Virus record (IMG/VR): IMGVR_UViG_3300036851_000272
Location: 4,422-68,421 of that record
DNA: 64,000 bases
Source: a virus
Reading direction: 5' to 3' (one strand)
In this document: positions 37,678-48,003 of the stretch, one piece after another
Layout: each line of letters begins with the position of its first letter
How positions within the stretch are numbered: the first letter of the stretch is position 1
Notes under the pieces: model-generated
Databases searched by the model: none
The model's input: the letters and a program-made list of their open reading frames with translations, nothing else
Told to the model about the DNA's origin: nothing
Made by a program: the position numbers and the translations under genes

Positions 37678-38256
37678 CTATGATGCTTCTTGTTTCCATA
37701 CTGTCCTCTCGAATTGCCGGAGTATTTGCTCCCTGCGCTCAAGATCTTGAGACGTTGCGAACTCAGTGCAAATTCGCCTGAAATTTTTCTGCATAGCAGG
37801 CAAAGCCGCGCAGACCGCATTCCAACGCCGGTGCTGTTCGGCCCGGCGTGGCACGCTTGGGTCCGAAGGCGCCTCAAGCAGCCGTGGCTCAATCTCGCCC
37901 AAGAGCCTGCGCGCTCCAGTGGTGATCTGCTTGTACTGCTGACTCGCAGTGATCGCCCGGTTTTCGATCTGCACCTCAAGTGTCCCGCCGAATCCCTGCA
38001 TGTCGGCTGACCGGCCATCCGCAGGCATCCACCGCTGTGACACCATAGCGCGGAGAGCCATCGGCCCGGGCCACTCATTGAAGTGCTCCACCATGGCGCA
38101 CCCAAGCCAGTCGGCCTGCTCGGGAGTTGTGACCATCTGTGCAATGAGCTGCATGATTCCATCGCGTGTCAGTGTGTCGGTAGGGAAGAATTTCAGAACA
38201 CTCATCCTTCCGACAGCTTGCAGTATCGCGCTTTCAAATGGGGATAATTTATTCAT
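37678..38256 (-). CDS. Replication accessory protein (helicase-loader position)
   Basis: Directly follows initiator; function from synteny only. Confidence 0.45.
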   Translation of the reverse strand: MNKLSPFESAILQAVGRMSVLKFFPTDTLTRDGIMQLIAQMVTTPEQADWLGCAMVEHFNEWPGPMALRAMVSQRWMPADGRSADMQGFGGTLEVQIENRAITASQQYKQITTGARRLLGEIEPRLLEAPSDPSVPRRAEQHRRWNAVCAALPAMQKNFRRICTEFATSQDLERREQILRQFERTVWKQEAS

Positions 38257-38262
38257 TGGTGT

Positions 38263-39090
38263 TCACTCTTTGCCTTCATTCCTTCTTCTTGCCACAAAGA
38301 TCTGCGCTGCCACCATCGTCGGGCTGCTTTCCAGCTTCTCTTGTGCCCTTCTCGCAGAATCTGAGGCAACGCGAGGACGTTGCCACTTTTTCTCATCGAG
38401 ATAATTATTCGGCAGGGCTGGCGGCCGCACCTCAACTGCATTCGGGTCGCGAACACGGATATCTTTCACCGCCAAAAGTCTTTGCTCAAAATCAAGATCC
38501 CGCCAAGCGTATGCAGCTCTGCTCCATGCTTTTTCCCCGACATCAAACACGCCACGCTCAGTACAGGCTGTTCTAAACTCGACAAACTGCAAGCCAGTTG
38601 ATACCAAAGTCTCGCGCGCGGAATTGTTTCTCTGAACAGAACTTTCAGAAGAAGAATCAGAGTCAGAAGCCAGAAGGACCTTTAGATCTACCTTTGGGGC
38701 ACCTTTGTTCTCACCTTTTGGCTGACCTTTAAAGGTCGGACTCCCACCGCCACGCTTCCCAGCTTCCGAACACTTTGCCCTCTTGGACTCGTCGCGAACC
38801 ATCCGACGCGAGAATACAGACCCGTCCGCTGCGCGGACGGCGACCCCTGCGTCGAGCAGCTCTCGCAGAAAAACCAGGTTGCAGGTGGTGTCACCTCGGA
38901 CGGCCGCAGCGATCTTATGATCGGTCCACGAAATACCGTTCGTTTTGAACACTCCCACCTCCCGCATCTCATGCAAAAGACACAAAGCGTCGATCCAGAA
39001 AGCGCGGGCCCCAGGCGAGCACGCGTTCAGCTCCGGATCAGTCAACCAATCACTGGGATAGAACTTAAACCACGGAAGTCGGCTGCTCAT
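38263..39090 (-). CDS. Replication initiator (DUF1376/YdaU-like N-terminus)
   Basis: LPWFKFYPSDWL.D..L..CS..AR..WID.LC, SRRMVRD, G..GG, Ser/Asp linker, P.NYL..K.W. Confidence 0.8.
   Translation of the reverse strand: MSSRLPWFKFYPSDWLTDPELNACSPGARAFWIDALCLLHEMREVGVFKTNGISWTDHKIAAAVRGDTTCNLVFLRELLDAGVAVRAADGSVFSRRMVRDESKRAKCSEAGKRGGGSPTFKGQPKGENKGAPKVDLKVLLASDSDSSSESSVQRNNSARETLVSTGLQFVEFRTACTERGVFDVGEKAWSRAAYAWRDLDFEQRLLAVKDIRVRDPNAVEVRPPALPNNYLDEKKWQRPRVASDSARRAQEKLESSPTMVAAQIFVARRRNEGKE
38645..38737. repeat. Iteron array / putative origin within initiator gene
   Basis: ACCTTT at 38678, 38690, 38701, 38713, 38725; palindrome GACCTTTAAAGGTC; adjacent CAGA repeats. Confidence 0.7.
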
Positions 39091-39788
39091 TTCGCGCTGG
39101 CAAAAGCCTTCCTTCTCTTGGCAGCGAATTCCTCATCGTTGATGTCGCATCCAAGATCCTGCATTGCGGAAATCCAGCCGTGACAGTTAGTGCACGCAGC
39201 CCTCAAGGTTTCAAAATGTAGATAGTCTTCTCCCAAGTGCTTGTATGTGGTGTGGTGTACTTCTAGTGGAACCTCTGAAGCGAGGCAGTAAAAGCATCTG
39301 AATTTATCACGCACGAAAACTATCTGGCGGATCGTCCTCCAGTAGGTAGAGCCCAGGAACCGCGCGTACGGCAGCGCCTTGAGTCGTCTCCTTAGCTCGT
39401 GGCGATCCACTCCGTCGAGATCAGCCCGGAAGCGGAATGCTGCGCAGTGCGCATCTTCCCTGGCATAACTAGCGGATGGCTGGTAGTCACATAAATAGCC
39501 GATGAGAGTATAACTTGCGGCTTGAATGGCTTGCGCTGAGGCAGCGCTTAGTGGCACAATCTCATTGCTGTGCGTCACGCATGGCACCAGCCCATCACCG
39601 GCTTGGCCTGATAAACGAGGCCGGTGGTGGGTTTCCCTTTCTGTAGTGTGTCCTCTACCTTTGGTGGGACACGGGGCCGGGTTACCGACCCCTAGAAAGG
39701 TGTACCGCCAGAGGCAGCGCCCGTAGCTAGCGGGCACCTCAATAGTGCCATCTTTCCACGTTTCCGTCAATAAAAAAGTGATTTGCAT
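39087..39788 (-). CDS. HNH nuclease-domain protein
   Basis: W...R..V..RD...CFYC...EVHH.TY.H.G.....L...CTNCH. Confidence 0.75.
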   Translation of the reverse strand: MQITFLLTETWKDGTIEVPASYGRCLWRYTFLGVGNPAPCPTKGRGHTTERETHHRPRLSGQAGDGLVPCVTHSNEIVPLSAASAQAIQAASYTLIGYLCDYQPSASYAREDAHCAAFRFRADLDGVDRHELRRRLKALPYARFLGSTYWRTIRQIVFVRDKFRCFYCLASEVPLEVHHTTYKHLGEDYLHFETLRAACTNCHGWISAMQDLGCDINDEEFAAKRRKAFASAK

Positions 39789-39864
39789 CTACCCTGTTTT
39801 CAGTCACATAGAAAAATGTTTAGAACATTTTCGCGTGTCGATGATGTCGTCTATTTCCCGCCAT

Positions 39865-40368
39865 TTACGTGCATTTTTGATACCCCAACCGATCTTGCGA
39901 AGTAATACGCCGATGGCACTCTTCGCAGACCGCGCGAAGCTCAAAAAGCGGCTCATTCCCAACGTGCGCGTACGTTGTATGGTGCACCTGGGTTGCTTTG
40001 CGTAAGCCGCAAGCCTCGCATCGTCCCTTCGCACGAGCGAGTACGGCTTTTCTCTTTTTTCCCCACTCTGGCGATTGCAGGTAGCTGTTGTACCATCCCC
40101 ACCACCTCTTTTCTTCTGCGATCCTTTGCAACTCATATTGCCGGCTGCGCTCTGCCCATTCGCGCTCTCTTCTTTCACGATCGGCACGCGTTTCCAGAAC
40201 TTTGGCGCAGGCGCGGCAAGTATATTCAGCGGTGGAAGGTATACGCTCCCCGGGACACTCTGAAAGTCGCTTTCCGCAAAGCGTTCTGTCCCCATCCTCG
40301 TGGATAATGTGAACTTGCCCCGGCCCCCACTGATGCGATTGGGCCTTCCAGTAGCCGCTACTTTTCAT
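39865..40368 (-). CDS. HNH nuclease-domain protein
   Basis: YLQSPEW..KR..VL.R....CEAC...QVHHTTY.H.G.E..FEL.AVCEECH. Confidence 0.8.
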   Translation of the reverse strand: MKSSGYWKAQSHQWGPGQVHIIHEDGDRTLCGKRLSECPGERIPSTAEYTCRACAKVLETRADRERREREWAERSRQYELQRIAEEKRWWGWYNSYLQSPEWGKKRKAVLARAKGRCEACGLRKATQVHHTTYAHVGNEPLFELRAVCEECHRRITSQDRLGYQKCT

Positions 40369-40515
40369 TACCGCGCACTCTTTTCATTTACGTGCTTTCT
40401 CCTTCACCCAACCACTCCATTTCGCTGGGCTTGATTCCCAGCCAGCCATCAGAGCCGATCACAGCGACGGCGCCGGGCGATTCGCGATCTGTTAAATGTC
40501 CACCACCACCGACTT

Positions 40516-40932
40516 TCATCCCGAAACCTCCCTGATTCGAATCCGTGCCCCTGGCACATCTAGTGCCATTTCTCCCTCGTTTGGATACACCTTTCCGGCG
40601 TACAACTGGATTACTCGTGCATCATCCTCAAACGCCCCCGCCTGTTTTAGGGCGTCCAACGTTGAGCGGATCAACTTGTCGATATCAGGCTTTCGGTCAG
40701 GATGGGTAATGCGTTTCTTCGGCGCACTCTTTGGCTTTGGGAGCGTGAATTGCAGCAGAACGGAGACCGGGCCTTTGATTATCTCTGCCCGCTCTTCGAT
40801 AAATGCCCACTTAACCGCTTCCGTCCATGGCTTCACCTTCGCTGAGGACTCGATCATAATGCCACGCCCTACGTGGCGCTTCGATCCTTTGGGCGCCGGA
40901 GTGCCTATCACAACAAACTCTGTCATCTCCAC
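40516..40932 (-). CDS. rusA: RusA-family Holliday junction resolvase
   Basis: G.PAPKGS, KPDIDKLIRSTLDAL, DDARV. Confidence 0.92.
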   Translation of the reverse strand: MEMTEFVVIGTPAPKGSKRHVGRGIMIESSAKVKPWTEAVKWAFIEERAEIIKGPVSVLLQFTLPKPKSAPKKRITHPDRKPDIDKLIRSTLDALKQAGAFEDDARVIQLYAGKVYPNEGEMALDVPGARIRIREVSG

Positions 40933-40951
40933 TCCCTTCGCGCGGCTGCTT

Positions 40952-41317
40952 TCAGGAACCGCAACGCCGCCTGCTCCAGCGTTCTGCTGCGTCGGCCTCT
41001 TCGCGGGCAGCGTCTAGCATTCGATCCAGCTTTAGCAGACTCCTAGTTTCAGCGAGAGCTGTTAATTGGTCCCAGCGGTCGATGTATGGTTTCCAATTTG
41101 GGTATGCACGCGCCACGCGTCCCAGTGGCGGTCGCCATTCAGGGACTAGATATATGAGTGCGCGGCATCTCCCAAAATCTTCGGAGTTCCATGGTGGTTC
41201 GCAAAGGTACGGCGCACGTGGAATCTTGAGCATGGCGCAAGCAATCGCCTCGGAGCTAGCCCCACTCTCGCCGCTCAGCAGCCACTCAAGCACTCGTCGT
41301 TGAATTGGCTTACTCAC
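40952..41317 (-). CDS. Hypothetical protein
   Basis: WL..GESGASS.AI...P....DFGRC..L...VPEWR. Confidence 0.65.
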   Translation of the reverse strand: MSKPIQRRVLEWLLSGESGASSEAIACAMLKIPRAPYLCEPPWNSEDFGRCRALIYLVPEWRPPLGRVARAYPNWKPYIDRWDQLTALAETRSLLKLDRMLDAAREEADAAERWSRRRCGS

Positions 41318-42231
41318 GGCGGTCTTCCTCGTTGTGTCGCTCCATTGCGAGTGCCAACACCTCTTCCAGCCATGGAATTTGCATTTCGACGAAGTCCAGC
41401 TTTATGGTGTAGCCTTTATTGCGGATATGTAGATACGCATGGTTACGCGGAAGTTTTTTTTGCTCCATCACTTCGCCTCCTTGATCGCAGCCAGCAAATC
41501 CTCAAGCGAGGCGTGCGGCGGCCCAACCGGCGTGCCGAAAGGAAACGCGAGCACCGGGCGCAACACCCACATCTCGGCGTTCTTCATGGCCCAAGTGGTG
41601 CCGTCGACGTGGACCCATGAGCGGTCCAGGAGTTCGCGGAGCCGTGCGATCTCTTCGCGCAGTAGTTTTGTCTCGCGTCCAGCGAATTCAGGCTTTAGAC
41701 CGGCTGATCCAGCACTCGGCATGCGTTCCATTTCCGCATACGTCGGGCTTGGGCGTGGGCGCATTGAGCAATTGCCGGGAACGCACCCCTCGGCGACGGA
41801 CGCGGCCAACGGCCAGCCGCACACTTCACACCGGGCAACATCAGCGCTCATGTCTTCGGCTCCTCCTTTGCGAGCTTGCGCAGCCACACCCCAAGCCCAA
41901 ATGCGGTTGAATATTTAGGTTGGTCCTCGCCAGTGGTAAATGTTGGGATTTCTCCTAAGCGCTCCGCCGCCTCCAGCAGCGCGGTCTTGCGAACCTCGGC
42001 ATCATGCGTGGCCAAAGCGCCAACATGATCGCGGAGCGCTGCATCTGCGATACATTGCGGACATTGGCAGGTATTGTGTGGACAGCGCCCCCGACTTTTA
42101 ATGTCGAGATCCTTCATCGTGCGCAACGCCAACTCCAGGGCAGCCGCGCGGTTCTCGGCAGCTTCGATCTCAGCGGCCAACGCCTCGATGAGCGGCAATT
42201 TTGCTTTAGTGTGGATATGCGCCTCGAACAA

Positions 42232-43260
42232 CTCGCGGACTCGCTCAATCGCGGATTTCATCGTCATCCTCCAGTTCGCCAGCATAATCCACGGTGTCGA
42301 AGTGCTCGGCTATGTGGCATCGACAGGCGCAATCCTGGTACGTACAAGAGCCGCAACAGCGGTCTGCACATTCGGGGCTGACGGTGTTTCTATTCATCTC
42401 CGCTCCTTTCCGAGCGCTTCTTTGATGAAGGGACACGTCACCTCTGGCAGCTCGCCCACTATGCCGTTCCTGATCCACTCGGCCATTGCGTACGATTCCG
42501 AAGCGGAATACTGCTCGGAATGACTGAGCCCGTGAATCAAGATGCGCTTTAGCGCTGAGCGGAGACGTGCGATTTCAGCATCCTTCTCGCTAGCTACAAC
42601 TTCCAAGGCATTTGAAATATCCTGCAACAGTTCTCGACTTCGCGTTGTTCCATCAGCTTTTAGCCAATTGGACTGGTACTTGTTATAGACCTCACTGGCG
42701 CGTTTTTCTGCCCATGCTTCAGCCATTCTCCTCCTCCTTCCCGAGCACCTCGGCAGCTCGCCTGCAATCGCCAATAGTGGCCCACTCTCCCGGAATATCG
42801 TAAGCGGGCAGATACCAAATGGCCGCATCATTAGAAACTTCCTCAGGAGGGAACATTTTGCCGTGCTCCGCAAACGGCTTCAACGACTCTCGCAGCCGTT
42901 CCACCTCAGATTGGAGGCGTGCGTTCTCGGCTCGCACAACGCCTAGGCCCCTGAGCGCCTCTTGCGCGATTTCGGCGTCCTTGGCGCGGATCTCGGCGGC
43001 TATCGCCTGGATGACACTTTCGCGTATAGTTATGCCGCCCGCCATGTGGCGATCCATCGCGCCCTCGTGGATCTCTCGCGCCTGTTCGAGTGCTGCGTTT
43101 TCGTCAGGCATTCGGCTCCTCCTCTGCGAGTTCGCGTAGCCACGCTTCTCGGCAGCTTCGATCTCATCCGCCAGCGCCAGATGAAGTGAGCAGGCCATGT
43201 TCGTCTTGAAGATCTCGCGGACTCGCTCAATCGCGGATTTCATCGTCATCCTCCAGTTCG
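42232..43260. repeat. 47-bp identical direct repeat (42232-42278, 43214-43260)
   Basis: CTCGCGGACTCGCTCAATCGCGGATTTCATCGTCATCCTCCAGTTCG; linked 21-bp repeat at 42152 and 43146. Confidence 0.92.
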
Positions 43261-43508
43261 TCAGTTTCCTCGGCCTCAACCTTTGCGTTCCACTTGTCTA
43301 GTTCCTTCCTGTGTCATCATTCGGCCATTGATCATTTGGCCACCTGGACAAATCCTGGGTCCCAATGGCAACGCGTTCCACTTCAGCGACTTACGCGCCG
43401 CCTCTATTGCTGAATAGAGCACCATGCCATCCCTTAGTTCAACGAAGACGGTCACGGTCATATCCACCTTAGCGACCACGTATTCATCAGGCGGCTTAGG
43501 AGTTCGTT

Positions 43509-43892
43509 TCACAAGCGCCTCCCGTCAGGCTGGACTGATTTGCGCACCGACCGCGCCAGCTTCTTCAGCACCAAGTCGTAGTTCTTATGCAGCTTGATCC
43601 CCGCCAGGGAACATGCCGCCCAAACTGCGTCGGGATTGGGCAGCTGACCCTTTGCCAAGAGAAGCCGCACGTTGATGTTTGTCCAACCGACTACAGCAAG
43701 GTAGCCGTTGCAGGCATACATATCAGCCTCTGTCGAGTGATGACATGCCATAATCGGACGAAATGCATCACCTTCGCCGACTGTGTCCTTGAGCCCGCAA
43801 GCCTTCTCATGGCTGTAGCGCGGAATAACAATAGCGTCTTTGTCAACCCGCCAAGGGCAGGTGGCGCATGGCAGCATGGAGTCACTCGCCAT
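43509..43892 (-). CDS. Cys/His-rich protein (DUF6283-like)
   Basis: PCATCPWR.D...MACH....C.G.L...G..N..VRL. Confidence 0.65.
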   Translation of the reverse strand: MASDSMLPCATCPWRVDKDAIVIPRYSHEKACGLKDTVGEGDAFRPIMACHHSTEADMYACNGYLAVVGWTNINVRLLLAKGQLPNPDAVWAACSLAGIKLHKNYDLVLKKLARSVRKSVQPDGRRL

Positions 43893-44530
43893 CACTTCTC
43901 CTCGTTTGCCAGATACCGCTTCCACTCCTCCGGCGTGATCTTCCGGCGCTCATTGAAAGCCGTATAAATCTCTTCCGCCGCCTCTTCGCAATGCCAATCC
44001 TTCTTCGCCGCCAGATAGTTCAGTACCCGCAGTGCATGGACGGCCCGCACCTTCCATCTGTCCCAGCACCAGTTCCCGTAGCCGTAGGTGTAGTCGAGGA
44101 CCGGGACGACGATGCGACCCACGCGGAGCCCATCGCCGCCTTCCACGTTTGGAACCGTCCATTTGGGTGGCTTCGCGCTGCCGCAGGTGATCGACCCACC
44201 CACCAAATTCACATCATGCACATTGGCAAAGTCGAAGCGCCCGGTGAAGGACCCGCTGTCCGGGTCATTGCAGCAAAGCTCAAGATTAAGAGCCAAGCCA
44301 CGTGGCAAACACCTCCCGTTGTGGACTCGCGGACAGTCCGAGCATTCCCCCTTGGGGCATTCATCGCACTCAGCGGGATACATTTTCTTAGAACTTTTGC
44401 GCCGCAGGCAGCCATTGCAAACGAGCTCGAATGGTCCCGAGAAAACGAATTGGCACTCGTGCTTTTCCTCAACGTTCTTGAGGTAGACTTTGCCGATCAC
44501 AAACACCTCCCGTTGTGCCGGTTCGCTCAT
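43892..44530 (-). CDS. Hypothetical Cys-rich protein
   Basis: 212 aa, coupled at both ends. Confidence 0.6.
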   Translation of the reverse strand: MSEPAQREVFVIGKVYLKNVEEKHECQFVFSGPFELVCNGCLRRKSSKKMYPAECDECPKGECSDCPRVHNGRCLPRGLALNLELCCNDPDSGSFTGRFDFANVHDVNLVGGSITCGSAKPPKWTVPNVEGGDGLRVGRIVVPVLDYTYGYGNWCWDRWKVRAVHALRVLNYLAAKKDWHCEEAAEEIYTAFNERRKITPEEWKRYLANEEK

Positions 44531-44847
44531 GCAACACCTGCCTTCTCAAGGTCCGTTCCCAGGAGCGAGATTTCCAGTAGTAGCACGCCATAGAGTTGAT
44601 TCTCCGCATCTTGCACGGCTTTTGGGTCTGCCGAGGCTGCGATTATCTCGCCGCAACGATCGGCTTCGGCCGATAGCCGAATCAGCATCTTTATGCGCTC
44701 ACTCTTCAGCTTTCGTGCGAAAACTCCCCGCGCCGCTTCCGCCAAGTCGGTAAGGCTATTCAGGATTACGCCGTCGGGCGGGTCGCTCTTGATCCGCATC
44801 GAATTCACGTACCAGAGAGATCTGATCATGATCGGCACCTCCAAATG

Positions 44848-44993
44848 TGCCGCCGTGTGCCGCGCGGAGCGTTGTACGATGCCGCCAGATGTGAAACGTC
44901 GCGACAGATGCCGCCCAATGTGTTGAAAATACAGCGGACGCCGGTGGATGGCGGAAGGGAAGGCGGGTTCGATTCCCGAAACACTTTGCGGCA
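44848..44993. other. Candidate attP
   Basis: Intergenic gap about 0.5 kb downstream of integrase; TGCCGC(C) repeats at 44848, 44858, 44880, 44909; tRNA-like segment 44949-44978. Confidence 0.45.
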
Positions 44994-45521
44994 ACCGCTC
45001 CCGTAACCCGTTGTCATAGGCCACTTTCAACCGTTGCATTTTCTGCAACAGTTGCCTCGGATGTGCCAGATTGTGGCTCCGCGGCTACCGGCGTGGTTTC
45101 CGTCGCGCCTCTTACGGATCGTGGTATCCTTCTCGGTATCTTCTTTGCACGCAGTGAATAGGGCTCTGGACCACTACCATTGTTCCATCGAACGCATGGT
45201 TCAGTAGCGGCTAGCGTTACCCCTCGCTGCGCCCACAGATCGATTGCCGTTACTGCCTCGTCAAATGTAATGCCTCCCTCGCGATACGCGGTCAGGATGC
45301 CGACAGGTGACAGTCTTGTCATACCATTCCAGCCTTTGCTTCTATCGCAAGCACGGAAATTCGCCACGACTCACGGCCAGTGGCTACGGTGATCGAGGCG
45401 ACCGGAAAGCCGTGGCTATCCATCAAGGCGCAATACCTTACCTGCCCGTCAGTGACGCAGCGTTGATAGCAGCGCCATGCCATCCAAATAAACTTTAGAT
45501 CGTTAAGTAAGCCCAGCTTCG

Positions 45522-46655
45522 TCACTTCTTTCTCCTCCCGATCAAATCCGCCCAAGTCCCCGCCGCCTTGTCGTTATCGGACGGCAACGCATGCGCGTAG
45601 ATCTTGAGCGTGGTGTACGGATCGCAGTGCCCCAGGCGCTCGCTGACAACAGGAATCGGCGTACCGTTCGCGATCAGCAAAGAGCCGTGCGAGTGTCGAA
45701 GTATATGGAGCCCGACATGCGGCAGCTTCAGCTTGCGCCCCAACTCCAGCACTACCTTACTCAGGTAGTTCGGTCCCACGTAGCCGCCATCCGGTCGCGC
45801 GAAGATCAGATCCATCCGCTTGTAATCCGCACCGAACATCGCTGCCTGTTGCTCCTGCGTCTGCCGATGCATCCGCAGCACTTCGATGGTCGCCGGATCC
45901 AGCTTGATCGGCTTCCGGTCGTCGTTGCCTTCCTTCGTGCTCTTCTCAGCGATGCCCTTCCCGGTTACCACGATGGCTCTGTGAATGCGGATCGTGCCAG
46001 CCATCCAATCGAGATCGGCCCATCGCAGAGCCAGCAGTTCACCGCGTCTGGCGCCGGTTGCTGCGGCTAGGCGAATCACGGGCCCAAACCACCGGCCGTC
46101 TGCCGCCCGCATGTACTCGTTCACCTGATCCGGCTCGAGCGCGCCCTTCGCTGGTTTACGCACTTTCGGCAACTCGCAGCCAGCAGCCGGATTAAACGGA
46201 ATCAGCTTCCGGCGAACCGCGACGGCGAGCGCGGCATGGATGCAGCCGTGGATGTTGTGGACCGTCTTCGCGCTCAGATCGGATTCCTTGCGGGCCTCCA
46301 GGTACGCTTCCTCCAACGCAACCGCCGTGAGGTCGTAAAGCTTCGTGCTGCCGAGTCGCGAGGTCACGTGGCGCACGGCTCCCGAATAGGCCGCGAATGT
46401 AGTGGGCGACCGGTCCGGCTCAATCTTGTGCTTCAGCCACCACTCGATAAATTCGGCAAGCGTGGCGTCGCTGTTCTTCACAGCTTGGTTTGCGCGGAGC
46501 CGGTTTACCTGCTGGTTCACCCAATCCTCGGCTTCGCGCTTCTTTGCGAACCCGGCTTGGCTCAGACGCTCGCGTTTCTTGCCGGGGAGTTCCACTTGCC
46601 CGCGCCAGCGCTTGCCGCCCCCCTTGAGTTTGTAGGCGAAAACGGTGCCTCTCAT
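45522..46655 (-). CDS. int: Tyrosine integrase
   Basis: Arm-binding N-terminus (WRGQV..GF..KREA), TGARRGELLALRW.D, TK, HILRHSHGS, LGH....TL.IYAH. Confidence 0.95.
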   Translation of the reverse strand: MRGTVFAYKLKGGGKRWRGQVELPGKKRERLSQAGFAKKREAEDWVNQQVNRLRANQAVKNSDATLAEFIEWWLKHKIEPDRSPTTFAAYSGAVRHVTSRLGSTKLYDLTAVALEEAYLEARKESDLSAKTVHNIHGCIHAALAVAVRRKLIPFNPAAGCELPKVRKPAKGALEPDQVNEYMRAADGRWFGPVIRLAAATGARRGELLALRWADLDWMAGTIRIHRAIVVTGKGIAEKSTKEGNDDRKPIKLDPATIEVLRMHRQTQEQQAAMFGADYKRMDLIFARPDGGYVGPNYLSKVVLELGRKLKLPHVGLHILRHSHGSLLIANGTPIPVVSERLGHCDPYTTLKIYAHALPSDNDKAAGTWADLIGRRKK

Positions 46656-47079
46656 GACCGCACCGCCTCTTTGGCTTTAGCTAGCGCCTGTATCAACGGA
46701 AGTTGGCGGATAGCCCAATCCGAGAAGTGATCATTGCTTGTGTTTCTGACAAGCATCCCAGCGTCGATCATTTTCAACAACGTTTCGAGCGCTGTCAGAA
46801 CCGCTGAGAACTCTGCCTTGATGTGACGGTAGGCCTGTCCGGGATACTCCCAGTCGCCGTAATTCGGACTCCGCGCCACAATAATCTCATCCCAGAGCTT
46901 TTGGAGAGCATGGCCGCAGGCATCATTTGAAACAACCTCTGCGAGTTCATCGCACAGCTCTTTGCCGATCCGCTCCGCCCTCCGAGAGTCGAACACTTGT
47001 TCGTGCGGGAGCGGGTCCCAGCACATGCTGGCCGCACCGAGCGCCACGTGAATCTTCGATACGATGTCTTCGTTGAGCT

Positions 47080-47310
47080 TCATGCGCGGTATGTTACCCC
47101 AGTTTCCGGGAAGGCTGCGACGGGTGTTGGCTTCCCCGGCTTTCCCGCGTTTGCCAGCCACGCCGCGATTGACGCTCGCGGGATGACGTAGCGCGTGCCC
47201 AGCTTGTAGCAGGGGATCGTGCCTGACCGCAGGCCCTCGTACGCGTGATGCTCGCTGACGCCGAGGAGGCCGGCGAGTTCGCGAACTGTGTAGGTTAAGC
47301 GTTGCTCCAT
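47080..47310 (-). CDS. xis: Excisionase-like HTH protein
   Basis: TYTVRELAGLLGVS....Y.....G.IP..KLG.RY.IPR; one gene upstream of integrase. Confidence 0.8.
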   Translation of the reverse strand: MEQRLTYTVRELAGLLGVSEHHAYEGLRSGTIPCYKLGTRYVIPRASIAAWLANAGKPGKPTPVAAFPETGVTYRA

Positions 47311-48003
47311 CACTTCTCCGCTTTCTCTGTTTCCTTTATCCGCGCGGCGAAAAACTCGCTGGCTTCTGCTGGTGTCATCGCGTCCACCTGCTGCCAAAAA
47401 GCCACGTCTTCTAACGCTTCGGTTCTCAGCGCCACGACAGCGTCGAGATTAGATCCGTAGATGCATCGCAGGAGCCTCTTGCAGTCGGTAACTATGAATC
47501 TACCTTTGAGCACTTCCGGAACTTTCTTTTCCTGTATGAGCCGCAGTGATAGCATCGTGCTCTGGATAGCTTTGTCCAGCCATTCCGGCTGGTCGATTCT
47601 TACGTACACTTTTCTGCTCACGGCTTCGCCCAATCCCGCACCACGTCATCCAGCGAAATGCCGGAGAACCTCGCGATGAGTAGCGCCTCGCGAAGCCGGT
47701 CTTCGGCCAAACGAAGTGCAAGATAGTAAGGGGACGCAAAATATTTCCCGTCTGCCTCCCAGGTTTCGGCAAGCTTCTGCAATTCGGCCAGCGTGATTGT
47801 GGTGGCTTCAGGCACTTTGCGCCGCCTTCTTTGCCGGTCGCCCGCGCTTCGGCTTCTCTAATCGCGCTCGAAGCTCCTCGGCTTCATCGATCACGGCGCT
47901 CACGATACTCAGCGTGTCCATGTTGATGCCGCCTTCCACGAGCACCATGAGATCCGCGCGCTGGTCGGCATTCAAACTCATCACGAATTTTGTCAACTGG
48001 CGT

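Noticed and set aside
42152-43260. DGR template/variable repeats
   Set aside because: Copies are identical rather than adenine-mutated, and no reverse transcriptase is present
44949-44978. Complete tRNA gene
   Set aside because: Only a T-arm-like hairpin and 3'-like end; no cloverleaf
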